The notes beneath the pieces were generated by a model, which saw nothing but the letters and a program-made list of their open reading frames with translations, was not told the DNA's origin and did no database searches. DNA of 63,050 bases, counting the filler, from Ministeria vibrans ATCC 50519 (Eukaryota; Protista; Filasterea): assembly GCA_943704425.1 (NCBI GenBank). It is 5 parts of 5 records of this genome, joined end to end, with 100 filler letters (N's around TTAATTAATTAA, not from the genome) between each part and the next. Parts side by side here need not be neighbours in the genome. Positions count along the whole stretch, not along the records: positions 23,612 to 37,414 come from CALSCP010002647.1; positions 37,515 to 57,858 come from CALSCP010002170.1; 3 more parts are not named here. One strand, 5' to 3'. Positions 27,961 through 38,772 of this stretch are shown in pieces. Position numbers and translations under genes: made by a program. Positions within the stretch are counted from its first letter, which is position 1. Each line of letters begins with the position of its first letter.

Positions 27961-30900
27961 TCATTGTTCTTCTTCGTGACACAACTGGATCTGTACAAAG
28001 CGAGCGATAGTGTCGTCGAGGGCCGAGTAGTGGACACAGCCAGACGCTATGGGAACGCCCTGGCGAGGCAGGGGGCGAGAAGTCTTTTTCGGGGACTCAC
28101 GGTCGCGCGAGGTGAGGAGGTTATCGCGCGCAGCCGCACGAAGGGACTCATACTCGTCGATGCTCATCCAGCAGTCGACTGCTCCTGAGTCTGAGCGGAT
28201 GTGCACAATAGACTGAGGATACGTCCGTGGTGGCGCTGCGCGAGTGTGGCATCGTTTCAATTCCCTCTGGGCGGCCGAGTGAGCTTGGGCAAGTGCGGTG
28301 TGTGCTGCTTCAAGACGGACTCTGCTAGCGCGCGTGGGCGGGTGCAGTAGATGCACGCTATAGCTTGTGCGATCCAATGGCACTGTTGAAGTCGGCGGCG
28401 CTGCTGCTAGCAATTGTTCTTGGCTCGCTTGCATGGCTGCAAGACGGCTGCGACGCCGACGCAAGAGCGCATTCCGTGAGGCTTCGCGCGCATTCTCTTG
28501 CGCTGCCAATTGCTCGGCATGTTGCCGCTCCACATCCACATGTGGCAGGCGACACTCAAGCTGCACAGTGGAGTGATAGCGCCCACATCGTCGACAGTAG
28601 ATAGAGCGTGAGTTGGGCGCGGCACTCGAAACAAGGGGGTCGCCATGGATGGAAGCCAGATGAAGTCCAGGCTGTTGGAGCGGTGGAGGAGACAACAACG
28701 TGTCGTGCAAAGTGGATTCCTCTGAGCGGTAGCGACTGCTGCGCTTTACTTGATCATGAATGCGAATGTAAAGAGTGGTGTCGTCTGGGGGGCATTCAAG
28801 TGCGCGTGTGAGGACGCGCTGAGAGTCGAGGCGATGGAGATGATGGTGTTGGGCAAGCGAACGAATGCGCGCAATGGTACCGACGTTATGCGCTAGCACT
28901 TGGGGTGCCTGAGTCGCAGTTTTCTGGTCGCGAGTGCGTGCTAGAGAAAATGCTGGCGAAAGACGGCCTTGAGAGAGCCACTGGCGTGAGCGACGACGGG
29001 AGTCGCGGGTATGAGGCTGGGAGGGCATGACGGAGGGCATGACGACACCCTGGAAGGGAGGCGGTAGTACGGCGGAGAGACGTACGGGAGCAGTGTCGCG
29101 GACGGACCCCCGCGAGTAGCCACGAATGGAGCCTGAGTGACTGTCGAGGGTGATGGGCAGGACGGGAGGTGATTGCAAGTCATGATCTGAGGCACGGCGA
29201 GTCAGTCGATGTGAGGGTGGCGATGTCTGCTCATGATGCAATTGTATATGGTCAGGCTGCAAGTCGTCGTTGGCATCGCGCAGTGCTGAGAGCCACTCAT
29301 GTTCAAAGACGGACGCACGACGACGCAACGCTGGAAGATGTGCTTGTCTGCGAATACACTCGTCACGAACATCCTGTGTTGAAGTTGGTGGTACCGCGGC
29401 CGGTACTGGCGCACATGATTCAGCACACGCAATCGTTTGCCGGTTTAAGCTTGCGGAATTTGCAACGCCAACACGGCGGGCACGCATACGCGATTCGCAA
29501 GCCGCATGGCGAATAGGCGCATTGCAGCTAGCAGACGACGATGCCAGCTCCCAGCGGCTGGTAATCATGGAGGAGATGCGAGCGCGTGTCTCTGGGTCAC
29601 GCGTATCGTCTGAGAGAGAGCGCTCTTGCTGCGTGTGGGCGTCCCAGTGCGCCCTGGCTGGGACCAAGGTAGTGATGACACCGGCCGGAACAGACGAGGT
29701 TTTATTAACGGTGGGATGGGGGGACGATAACGTTTCTGCTGCTGCCGCGAGCAAGTCCAGTCCGTCTTGAGTGCGAGAGACGGGTTTCATGATTGGAATG
29801 CGGCGGCGCGATGTGATTGGTGCAGTACTGGAGTGCCGGTGTACTGTCATGTGAGTCACTTTGTGCACCGAAGACGTTTCAAGGCAAGCGGAGGTGGCGG
29901 TGGTGTGTGCTGCTTCAACAATGAGTTGGCGGACGCGTGTGAGTTCGTCTTTGGTGGCGCAAGAGAGGTAGTGGGCAATGGCGTCGGCAATGGATGCAGC
30001 AGGATACCGGACAGTGCTGGAAGGGGCATTGAAGAGCGTGTGGTGGCAGAAGGGGAAACCGTGGCGGCGCTCGTAGTGGTCGAGAAAGGGAATGAGAGCT
30101 GAGCGGGAGTCGGAGGGACGCGTCGGAGTGAGCCAGGTGCTGCGAATGGTGTCGCGCGAGGCATTGAGCCAGGTGGATAGCGAGAAGAGCGTGTCGTCTT
30201 GGAGAAGTGCATCTGCTCTCACAATCAAGTCCCCAAGTGAGTTTGCTGCGCGAGACTCTTGGTGCATCTGCTGCGCAAAGGGCTCTTCTGCCGGGCCAAA
30301 CGGCAGTCCAAAGAGACGGCCGAGAAATGATGTGAAGGAAGGGAGTGACATTGTCCGGAGTTCGGTCGTTGACACACGCGATACGGGCGTTGAGAGAGAC
30401 GTGGGCATGGGATGCTGAGTGGATGCGATTGGAGCATAGATGGTGTAGCGTGTCAACTGACCCGAGCCTGCCTTTTGTGGCAATGCAAACACACTGGATT
30501 CCGTTTGGATGTGCGAAGTGTCGCGTGCTACGTGTCGCCGTGACGACGTCGACGTAGAAGGCGTTAATTCAGGGGGGTCATCAGCAAGAGCAACATAGTC
30601 ACGATGATCAATATCATGATCTGAGCCTGTCGTCGCAGCGCAATGAGCACGTTGACGTCGATTAGGTCTATCAGCGTCGGAAACATGATCAGGGGGCGAG
30701 GGCGTTGACATCGTTGAAGGTGATTTCGACGCAGTGCGTCTACGCATATGTCGTCTTGCAGTTGACAAGCTGGAGGGCGCACCAGGACCGTGCGGGAGAA
30801 GCCCAAGTGCTGGTGTGAGCTTTGGCGCAGAAGATGGTGTCGAATCGGCTAGAGGCAATGGCTTGACGTGCTGCTGGTGTTGCTGTTGGTCGAGAAGACG

Positions 30901-31050
30901 ACTCAAATGGCGCTCTTCAGCGGCACTCAAGCCGCCTTTTGAATTCCGTTGTTTGTTGCGCAACCATTTGATGCTGATGCCTATCTGGTCCACCTGATCG
31001 CCGAGAGTGCGTCGCGATCGGATCCATTCTATGTGAAGAACTATTATGAT
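27961..31050 (-). CDS. Hypothetical protein of about 1000+ aa, largely low-complexity, with a CxxC-H-C cluster; probably has additional 5' exons
   Basis: 3-kb uninterrupted ORF that extends upstream to an acceptor (cttgtag) near 31051; CRRCGRYHSTVQLEC near 28560-28600; no family recognised. Confidence 0.6.
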   Translation of the reverse strand: MIIVLHIEWIRSRRTLGDQVDQIGISIKWLRNKQRNSKGGLSAAEERHLSRLLDQQQHQQHVKPLPLADSTPSSAPKLTPALGLLPHGPGAPSSLSTARRHMRRRTASKSPSTMSTPSPPDHVSDADRPNRRQRAHCAATTGSDHDIDHRDYVALADDPPELTPSTSTSSRRHVARDTSHIQTESSVFALPQKAGSGQLTRYTIYAPIASTQHPMPTSLSTPVSRVSTTELRTMSLPSFTSFLGRLFGLPFGPAEEPFAQQMHQESRAANSLGDLIVRADALLQDDTLFSLSTWLNASRDTIRSTWLTPTRPSDSRSALIPFLDHYERRHGFPFCHHTLFNAPSSTVRYPAASIADAIAHYLSCATKDELTRVRQLIVEAAHTTATSACLETSSVHKVTHMTVHRHSSTAPITSRRRIPIMKPVSRTQDGLDLLAAAAETLSSPHPTVNKTSSVPAGVITTLVPARAHWDAHTQQERSLSDDTRDPETRARISSMITSRWELASSSASCNAPIRHAACESRMRARRVGVANSASLNRQTIACAESCAPVPAAVPPTSTQDVRDECIRRQAHLPALRRRASVFEHEWLSALRDANDDLQPDHIQLHHEQTSPPSHRLTRRASDHDLQSPPVLPITLDSHSGSIRGYSRGSVRDTAPVRLSAVLPPPFQGVVMPSVMPSQPHTRDSRRRSRQWLSQGRLSPAFSLARTRDQKTATQAPQVLAHNVGTIARIRSLAQHHHLHRLDSQRVLTRALECPPDDTTLYIRIHDQVKRSSRYRSEESTLHDTLLSPPPLQQPGLHLASIHGDPLVSSAAPNSRSIYCRRCGRYHSTVQLECRLPHVDVERQHAEQLAAQENAREASRNALLRRRRSRLAAMQASQEQLLAAAPPTSTVPLDRTSYSVHLLHPPTRASRVRLEAAHTALAQAHSAAQRELKRCHTRAAPPRTYPQSIVHIRSDSGAVDCWMSIDEYESLRAAARDNLLTSRDRESPKKTSRPLPRQGVPIASGCVHYSALDDTIARFVQIQLCHEEEQ

Positions 31051-31649
31051 CTACAAGTTTGTTGAACAGAGGGTTGAGCTGCATTACTACTGCATGTACC
31101 TTGAGTGGAGACACGTGGTGGAGCGATATCTGTCGCAGACGGGATACGGCGGTGGTGCGGAGGGGCAGGCAGAAGGGATTTGGGGTTCGCGCTGTTTACC
31201 TGAAGAAAGCAAGAGAGGGAATGCACAAGGGTGTTAGCCAGCAATAGGGGAATAGCTGTGGGGAATGAGCAATGCTGAGATTGACTTCGTACGCCGTACC
31301 GTCGTGTGCGTGCTGAGATCGTTGCTCGTTGTTGCCATGGAGACATGAAAGAGTTTGTGTACTGATTGAAGAAGCAAATGTCAATGAGCACAACTCACTC
31401 ACTGGCCACTTTTGAGGCTTCCACGAGCAACTGATTACTGAGCAAGCGGGCGGAGAGTAATGGAAAACGACACAGCGGCTGGAAAGAAAGTTTGTTATTT
31501 GAAGAAATTAGAAGAAGAATACAACCCATTTATTAATGATACAGTCACCACGCGAAGACACAGCCAGACCGCCTTGCAAACTCGACCGAAACTCAATTAG
31601 AAGAAGAAGAAGATTTGAAGAAATTAGAATTGTGATTGAAAAAATAATC

Positions 31650-32207
31650 ATGTCAAATAATTTTGTAATGTTGCGACTTTTTCAGCAATCACTGCGAACG
31701 ACTGTGCAGACGCGGTGGACGAGCACCTCTCCTGGCGGGGCGCCCATGTGGGAGCGTGCAGGGGATGAGCACAACGAGATCCGTGTCCCTCCAGTGGTGG
31801 TGCGTCTCTCACGCGTTTTTCTTTTTTTTTTTTTTACCTCACACTCTCTCTCTCTCTCTTTTTTTTTTGATTCGCAGCGCACTGGCGAGTCGGGGAGCAC
31901 GCTGAAGCGTCGACTGGTGTACCAAGTGAGAAAGCGAGGGATGCTTGAGAACTGTCTGCTGCTGTCGTCGTTTGCGGGGCGGTACATGAAGCAGATGAGC
32001 GACGAGGAGCTGAGGCAGTTTGATCGGCTGCTCGACGAGATGGACTGGGACATCTACTACTGGGCGACGGGCAAGCAGACGGTGCCGCAGGAGCACGACA
32101 CGCGCATCATGCAACTGCTGCGCGAGTACACCAAAAACACGGACAGGCAGATGATGAAGATGCCTGAGGTGGACGAGATGATGCGCGAGTGTGTCGGCGA
32201 CGCCTAA
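31650..32207 (+). CDS. SDHAF2: Succinate dehydrogenase assembly factor 2 (Sdh5)
   Basis: LKRRLVYQVRKRGMLENCLLLSSFA and DWDIYYWATG; Arg/Ser/Thr-rich presequence; one intron ending at 31877. Confidence 0.95.
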   Translation: MSNNFVMLRLFQQSLRTTVQTRWTSTSPGGAPMWERAGDEHNEIRVPPVVVRLSRVFLFFFFTSHSLSLSFFFDSQRTGESGSTLKRRLVYQVRKRGMLENCLLLSSFAGRYMKQMSDEELRQFDRLLDEMDWDIYYWATGKQTVPQEHDTRIMQLLREYTKNTDRQMMKMPEVDEMMRECVGDA

Positions 32208-32362
32208 CCTGGACGGACGAGCAGTGCGGCAAAGAGTGTAGAATATATCGAACGGAAATTGTGGGTGTAATGTGAAAGGAAAGGCCGTGACGGTTACAAT
32301 AAGAGAGAAGGAGAGAGAAAGAGAAGACAGCACCTCTCCAAGCGAATTTCGGGCGTCTATCT

Positions 32363-33111
32363 CTAGCGACGGTCGAGCTTGCCAACCTTGCGCTTTCCTG
32401 AGTACAAATGTTTGGGCTTGGGATCGACAATCTTGCGGTCGGACTCGCTGGCCTTGGCCAGCAAGTTGGGCTTGATTTGAGCGAGGTGGCCGAGACGCGT
32501 CGCGGTGATCTTGGCACGGACATTGCGCAGGCCCGAGAGGGAGCGGGGATCACGACTGCGACTGCGAGAGAGGGCCTTGTCGGAGCCCGGTGTGGGCAGA
32601 CGCGAGCCATCGTCGTCGACAGCACCGTCTTCGTGAAGATCGCCACGCTTACGCTTGCGACTGAGGGGCGTACGGGAGCGGGCGCGTCGCCCACGCGTGT
32701 CCAAGTCCATGTCGGCGGCGTCATCGGCGTTCATGCTCGTGTCCATGGCACGCACACGCCCAAAGTGCTCCTTGGCTTCCTTGCTGAGCTCAACACGCAC
32801 CAAATTTCGGGGGATCACAGGCTTGTTGCTTGTCTTCTTGTCGGCACGGCGTTGACGCAGCTCCGCCTGTCGTTCACGAATGGCCTTGGCGGTTTCGCGG
32901 ATCTGGGCCATGGTGCGGCGCTTGGACCCGCCCGGGTACGCCTCGCCGTCGTGGTCCAACGCCTCGTCCCCGTCCATCATGGCGTCGTCGTCCTCCTCCT
33001 CGTCGTCGCTCTCCTCCACGGCGTACTCGCCTTGGGCCTCGCGAAACTCCTCCTCTCGCTCCAGCTACAAAAATTATTAATAATATAATAAAAGTAATAA
33101 TAATAATAAAA

Positions 33112-33184
<73 letters not shown>

Positions 33185-35248
33185 CAATAATAATAATAAA
33201 AACAATAATAATAACAATAATAATAATAATAAAAGAAAGACTTGTTAGTACCTCTTCGAGACGTTCCAGGATTTCGGGATCGATAAAATCGGCAATGTTC
33301 TTGCCGTTCATGATTTCGGGAATGCGGTCGTAGCGGTACTGGTCGTCAACACCCTCCCAGTGAAGCCTGAGGTCGACCTGGTAGTCGGCGCCAAGAGCGC
33401 GCTGTCGGTCCTTGAGCGTCGGCAGACGCGGTGGCGCGTCCTCATCACCCTCGGGCTTGTCCGCAAACGCAGTACCGTATCGCATGGACGCAGCCGACTT
33501 GTGAGTGGCCACGGAAGTGGCAGCGGCCGAGACGGCACGGGTGCGGGCGGTGGGTGGAATGAAAGCGGGGCGGTCAACGTTGTCGCGACGCGCCGGCTCG
33601 GCCACGTGCAACTTGCCAATAAGTTCGTTCGCTTTGCGTGAGTTGAGCTTGAATTCAACGCGGTGGGCAAGCAGGCGGTCGCAAGCGGTGCTCTTTACGT
33701 CCATGACGCCGTCCTCGGTGACGGTCGACATAGACAGGACGGAGATGCCGTCGTCCTCGAGACCGGTTATAAGCGCACGCTTCTCAGGCTCAAGGTCGGC
33801 AAGTGGCATCACGTCGGTCTTGTTGGCGACGACCAACAGAGGCTTGTTGGCAAAGAGAGGACGAATGGAGCGGAACAGATTGACTTGTTCCTCGAGGGAA
33901 TGGCCGCACGACTCGGTCGGATCAATGAGGTAGAGCACAGCGGCACGCAAATGCGCCAGAGCCGTAATGCTCTGCATCTCAATCGTGTTCATCTCGTCGA
34001 GTGGGTGATCCAGCACACCGGGAGTGTCGATCACCTGGAAAAGAAGAAAGGAAAGAAAATGTGGGTATGAGGCAACACGAAAGCAAAAAACAAATAAAAA
34101 TTAATATTATTAATATTATTATTTTATAATAATAAAATAATAATAATTGTGAACGGTTTGAAAGTACCTGCCAGCGGAGGTAACGATGATCTGTGTGTCC
34201 GACAAAGAGGGATTTGGTGGTGAAGGCGTAGCTCTGGACGTCGACATCGGCACGCGTGACCTTGTTCATGAAGGAGCTCTTGCCAACGTTGGGGAAGCCG
34301 CACAGAATGAGAGTGCGTGTGTTAGGGTCGATGGCGGGCAGACGGCCGAGATGCTGGCGCACTTGCTCGAGGTACTGCAGCGATGAGTTTTGGCGCTTGA
34401 GCAAGGTGGCCATGCGGCCGAGCGCGGCCGTCTTGAGCTGTTTGCAGCGGTACAGGGAGTCGCCGTACTTCAAGAGACGGCAGTAGTCCTTGGAGATGTT
34501 GTCGACAAGGTGGAGTGCCGTGTTGAGCTGTCCGAGCGCCAGCTTGTAGTGATCGCGGTCGTAAAGAACGTTCATGAGATCCGCATAGAAGGGATGGATG
34601 TCGTCGAGCTTGGGGAAGCTTGTCACAATGGCCGACAGCTTGTCATGGCACGTCTGCTGGCAGAACTTCACCTTGCGGATGTAGAAGTTGCGGATGCGCG
34701 TGATCTTAAAGTCCTGCACACGAAAAAGGGCGCACAAGAGGGGAGGGGGGGTGTTTCAGTGAACTCAAATCAATGGGAGCGCAGGCGAAGCGAGAGAGAA
34801 AAAAACGCAATCCACGTGGGTCGATTTTCACGGCTGTCCAGTAATAAACTGGTCCCAGCGACTTCCCGAGACGCTACAAGAGGGTGGTTTCGGAGGGATG
34901 GATGGGAAACCGGCGAGAAATGGGGCGTGGCGAGGGCGCGCGAGGGGCGAAGGGAGACGCGACAATGCGGTGAGGCGAAAGGACAGGAGACACGCCCAGC
35001 GCGACCCGCATGGGCCCTTGGCCGCTTCGTGTGCGCGGCAGAGCACGGGTTGCGCGGTACCTTTCGAATGATAGTGGGTGTTTTGCGCTGTGTCTTGCTC
35101 AACACGATGTTGACAAATTCGTTCGCTGTCGGCACAACGGCGATCTACGCGAAGAATAGAGACGCAAGAGAAGGTTAGCAGGTGCTCCACAAAATGACGA
35201 GGGTTGTGGTGTTGGTGGGGATGCCTTTTTGAAGTTGTAGTGCGACAT
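32363..35248 (-). CDS. NOG1: Nucleolar GTP-binding protein 1
   Basis: MSHYNFKK|[77 protein letters not shown]; five introns. Confidence 0.97.
33076..33232. repeat. (AAT)n microsatellite in a NOG1 intron
   Basis: Directly visible. Confidence 0.95.
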
Positions 35249-35371
35249 GGCAAAGTGGAAAGAATTTTGATTTTTGATAATTGATTATTTCTAATAATTT
35301 TTGATTATAATTATTATTCATTTTCAGCCATTTTGCATTTTTTTTTCCTTCAACCTTCTTAGTTTTTTGCT

Positions 35372-37344
35372 ATGCCCCGAAAATTGCTCCCAACTAACGT
35401 TCGGCCTTTGCGCTACGATCTTGAACTGCGCGTCGACGTTGTCGAGTGTGTTTTCAGCGGACAAGTTGCGATTCACGTTGACATTTGCAGCGGATCGACG
35501 ATTGAACTGCATTCGCTGGAGACGGACCTTGGCGCTGTGCAGCTGGTAGGAGAGAGGGGCAGGGGGCAAGGGCACTGACGCGCATGCGCTGCTGTGGTAG
35601 GTGTGCGAGGGGGACGCGGCCGAGCTGGTGCCGACCGTCTCGACATGTCGCGAGGACGAGACGGTGACGCTGCACTTTGCACAGCCACTGCCGACAGGCG
35701 CAGCCACGCTGACGATGGCCTTTGCCGGGGCCCTCAAGGACAACCTGGTGGGTCTGTATCGCAGCGCGTACCCTGCCAAGGAGGACGAAGCGACGCGGTA
35801 CATGGCTGTGACGCAGTTTGAGGCGACGGTACAGTCATTGTGGTCTCTCCTTTTCTCTCTCGGGCTGTGCTTTGCACTCGTCCACTAATATCACTGTGTC
35901 TGTGACTCTCTCTCTCTCTCACTTTGTTCTTCTCTCTATCACTTTGTTCCTCGCTCTCTACTACTCTCTTTATCACTTTGTTTCTCTCTCATCACTTTGT
36001 TTTATCACTTTGTTCTTCTCTCTATCACTTTGTTCTTCTCTCTTTCACACTTAATGCATTGTCATTACCACGTCTTTGTTCTTTCACTTTTTACTTTCTA
36101 TCACTTTGTCTTTCTCCCTTCTCTTCATCACTTCGTTGATTTCTGCCTCTTTTGCTTCCATCACTGCGTTTTTCTCTGCCTCCTTTTCTCTATATCACTT
36201 TATTTATCTCTTCCTTCCTCTTTTTGTTTAGGATGCTCGGCGATGTTTCCCGTGCTTTGACGAGCCGGCGTTGAAGGCGATTTTCAACGTGACTGTGCAG
36301 CACGATGCAAGTCTGACGAGTCTCTCGAACATGCCCGTGGAAAAGGAAGAAGTTGTGTCGGACGGTCAGAAGCGTGTCACTTTTGCCGCGTCACCCGGTA
36401 GAACAACTTAAGAGCAGTTTTGTTTGCTAAATTTATGCCAATTTACCAGTGATGTCCACGTACCTGTTGGCGCTGCTTGTGGGTGAATTTGATCACATTG
36501 AGGCGACAACCCAGGCGGGCGTGACTGTGCGCTGCTACACGACGCCCGGCATGGCCCATCAGGCCAAGTTTGCCCTGGACGTTGCTGTTCGCTCCCTCGA
36601 CTATTTCAGCGAATATTTTGCGACACCCTATCCCCTTCGCAAGCTCGACATGGCTGCCATTTGTGATTTTGCAGCAGGTGCAATGGAAAACTGGGTATCT
36701 TTTTTTGAAAAATTGATATGACTCGATGCATAACAATTGAGTTATTTTTTTTTCTTTCGTATTGGAAGGGACTTGTGACGTACCGGGAAGTGGCAATTCT
36801 GGTGGACGAAGAGAACACCTCTGCGCACACGCGACAAGACGTGGCGGTGACGGTGGCACACGAGCTGGCGCACCAGTGGTTTGGCAATCTAGTCACGATG
36901 GAGTGGTGGACCGACTTGTGGCTCAACGAGGCCTTTGCCACTTGGGTCAGCTACCTTGCCGTCCAGGAGCTCTTTCCCGAGGTATTGCTATTCTGGTTGT
37001 GTGCAGCCAAGTTGTGCGTGTGTGTGCGTATGTTTATGTTTGATTGCATGTATATCTTCATAATTTATATTTCTCTCGAAGCTGTTTCTATCACGTTGTA
37101 CTATATTATTTCTCTCACACTTTTTCGTGGAGTGTGAATATATGTGCGTGTTTTTGTGAGCTTCGATTACACATTGTATATTAAGCCTCTTTGTTTGTAG
37201 TGGGAGCCATGGACGCAGTTTGTTGTGGATGACTTTATGGCGGGAATGTCACTGGACGCACTGCAGAACTCACATCCGATTGAAGTGGAAGTGTCGACTG
37301 CGGGCGAGGTCAACGAGATCTTTGATGCCATCTCCTACTGCAAA
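35372..37344 (+). CDS. NPEPPS: M1 family zinc aminopeptidase (puromycin-sensitive aminopeptidase-like), 3'-truncated
   Basis: [20 protein letters not shown]|[69 protein letters not shown]. Confidence 0.93.
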
Positions 37345-37414
37345 GTAATTGATTATTATTATTAATAGTCAGACCGGTGTAGCCGGCGAAACAGGTGCAC
37401 GAAAAGAAGTTGGA

Positions 37415-37514
37415 NNNNNNNNNNNNNNNNNNNNNNNNNNNNNNNNNNNNNNNNNNNNTTAATTAATTAANNNNNNNNNNNNNNNNNNNNNNNNNNNNNN
37501 NNNNNNNNNNNNNN
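37415..37514. other. Artificial contig linker
   Basis: N44-TTAATTAATTAA-N44. Confidence 0.98.
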
Positions 37515-37611
37515 CTAACCCTAACCCTAACCCTAACCCTAACCCTAACCCTAACCCTAACCCTAACCCTAACCCTAACCCTAACCCTAACCCTAACCCT
37601 AACCCTAACCC
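37515..37611. repeat. Telomeric repeat (CCCTAA) x16 at contig start
   Basis: Perfect CCCTAA array with the C-rich strand 5', the orientation expected for a left chromosome end. Confidence 0.97.
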
Positions 37612-37612
37612 G

Positions 37613-38518
37613 ATGTTTTTTCAAGGGGCGTATTTGCAATCAACATTTGCTGGCGAGACGGTACTGGCAATGAAGATTGACGAGGCTGGCGAGTTGGCTT
37701 GCAAAACAGTGTTATTAATGGTGGACACTTTGATTTTTCTTGGAAAGGATGAGCGTGCGGAAGAAATTGTGCGTTCGCGTATGAAGGTCGTCGCGAATGC
37801 GCAGGGAATGAAAAGTAAAGAATATGGGTCTCTGATGCTACAGCTTGGGAGGATTCAGACAAATTTGGTGCATGTTGATGGGCTCTCACTGAAGGATGCG
37901 TGGTCCTCGCTGTGTGCTGCGTGGAATATATTGAGGCACGAAGGCGAAAATTGCATGGATGTCGCGGATGTATTGCATCAAATGGGACGACTGCGCCTCC
38001 ACGAGAACGAGTATGACCATGCTGCGAAGGTACTTGAGGCCGCTCTAGTCATCTACAGCGAAAACGAAAATCTTCTACAAATCGGTGCTGTGAAGGATCT
38101 ACTTGGGCTTGCTTACGCAGGGAGCGGCAACATTATCGAAGCATCGCGCTGCTTCCAAGAATCGCTTGAATTTAATATAGGCCACTACGGGGAAAATCAA
38201 CCTGACACACTGGTAATCGTGAAGAAGCTTATTGACTGTTACTGGAAGGATGGTAACATTGACGACGGTCTTCGTATGCTTACCACTCTGCTGCAAAAAG
38301 AGGAAGCCGCCCTTGGTAAAGGGCACATTCGATCGGCAATGACACACTTCAGTATTGGCTATGCTCTTTTCCTCAAAGGCGAGAAAAGCTCTGCATTAAC
38401 ACCCTTCAACTCTGGACATGAAGTATGGCAGAAGACTCTTGGGGACAGTCATCCACACACCATAGTGGCGAAAACATTCATCAAAGAAATCAATTGCACC
38501 GCCCGAACCTCCGAATAA
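37613..38518 (+). CDS. Kinesin-light-chain-type TPR repeat protein, probably 5'-truncated by the telomere
   Basis: Repeated TPR helices: DVADVLHQMGRL...YDHAAKVLEAAL, LGLAYAGSGNIIEASRCFQESL, LGDSHPHT; intronless; ATG two bases after the telomere array. Confidence 0.75.
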   Translation: MFFQGAYLQSTFAGETVLAMKIDEAGELACKTVLLMVDTLIFLGKDERAEEIVRSRMKVVANAQGMKSKEYGSLMLQLGRIQTNLVHVDGLSLKDAWSSLCAAWNILRHEGENCMDVADVLHQMGRLRLHENEYDHAAKVLEAALVIYSENENLLQIGAVKDLLGLAYAGSGNIIEASRCFQESLEFNIGHYGENQPDTLVIVKKLIDCYWKDGNIDDGLRMLTTLLQKEEAALGKGHIRSAMTHFSIGYALFLKGEKSSALTPFNSGHEVWQKTLGDSHPHTIVAKTFIKEINCTARTSE

Positions 38519-38772
38519 CTTAATGGTCCGTTCTATGCTGCTCTCTCGCGCCACTGTAGCTCTTTGTATTATAATTTTTCTTCTATTAATTGTCCAAAGG
38601 GTTACGGATAGAACTCTGAAAAGTGCCAGAGCTAAAATTAGATACCCACAGCATCACCGTCGAAACTCAGTAAAAACGTGTTGAATTCGGTATTTCACTT
38701 GCACCCATACCTCTATAGTACCCAGGCCGCCAGCAACATGCACCTCCAATTTGTCGCCACGGACGGAGGCAG

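Noticed and set aside
35830-36231. Degenerate tatcactttgttc repeats
   Set aside because: Low-complexity pyrimidine-rich intron of the aminopeptidase; similar simple repeats fill many introns here.
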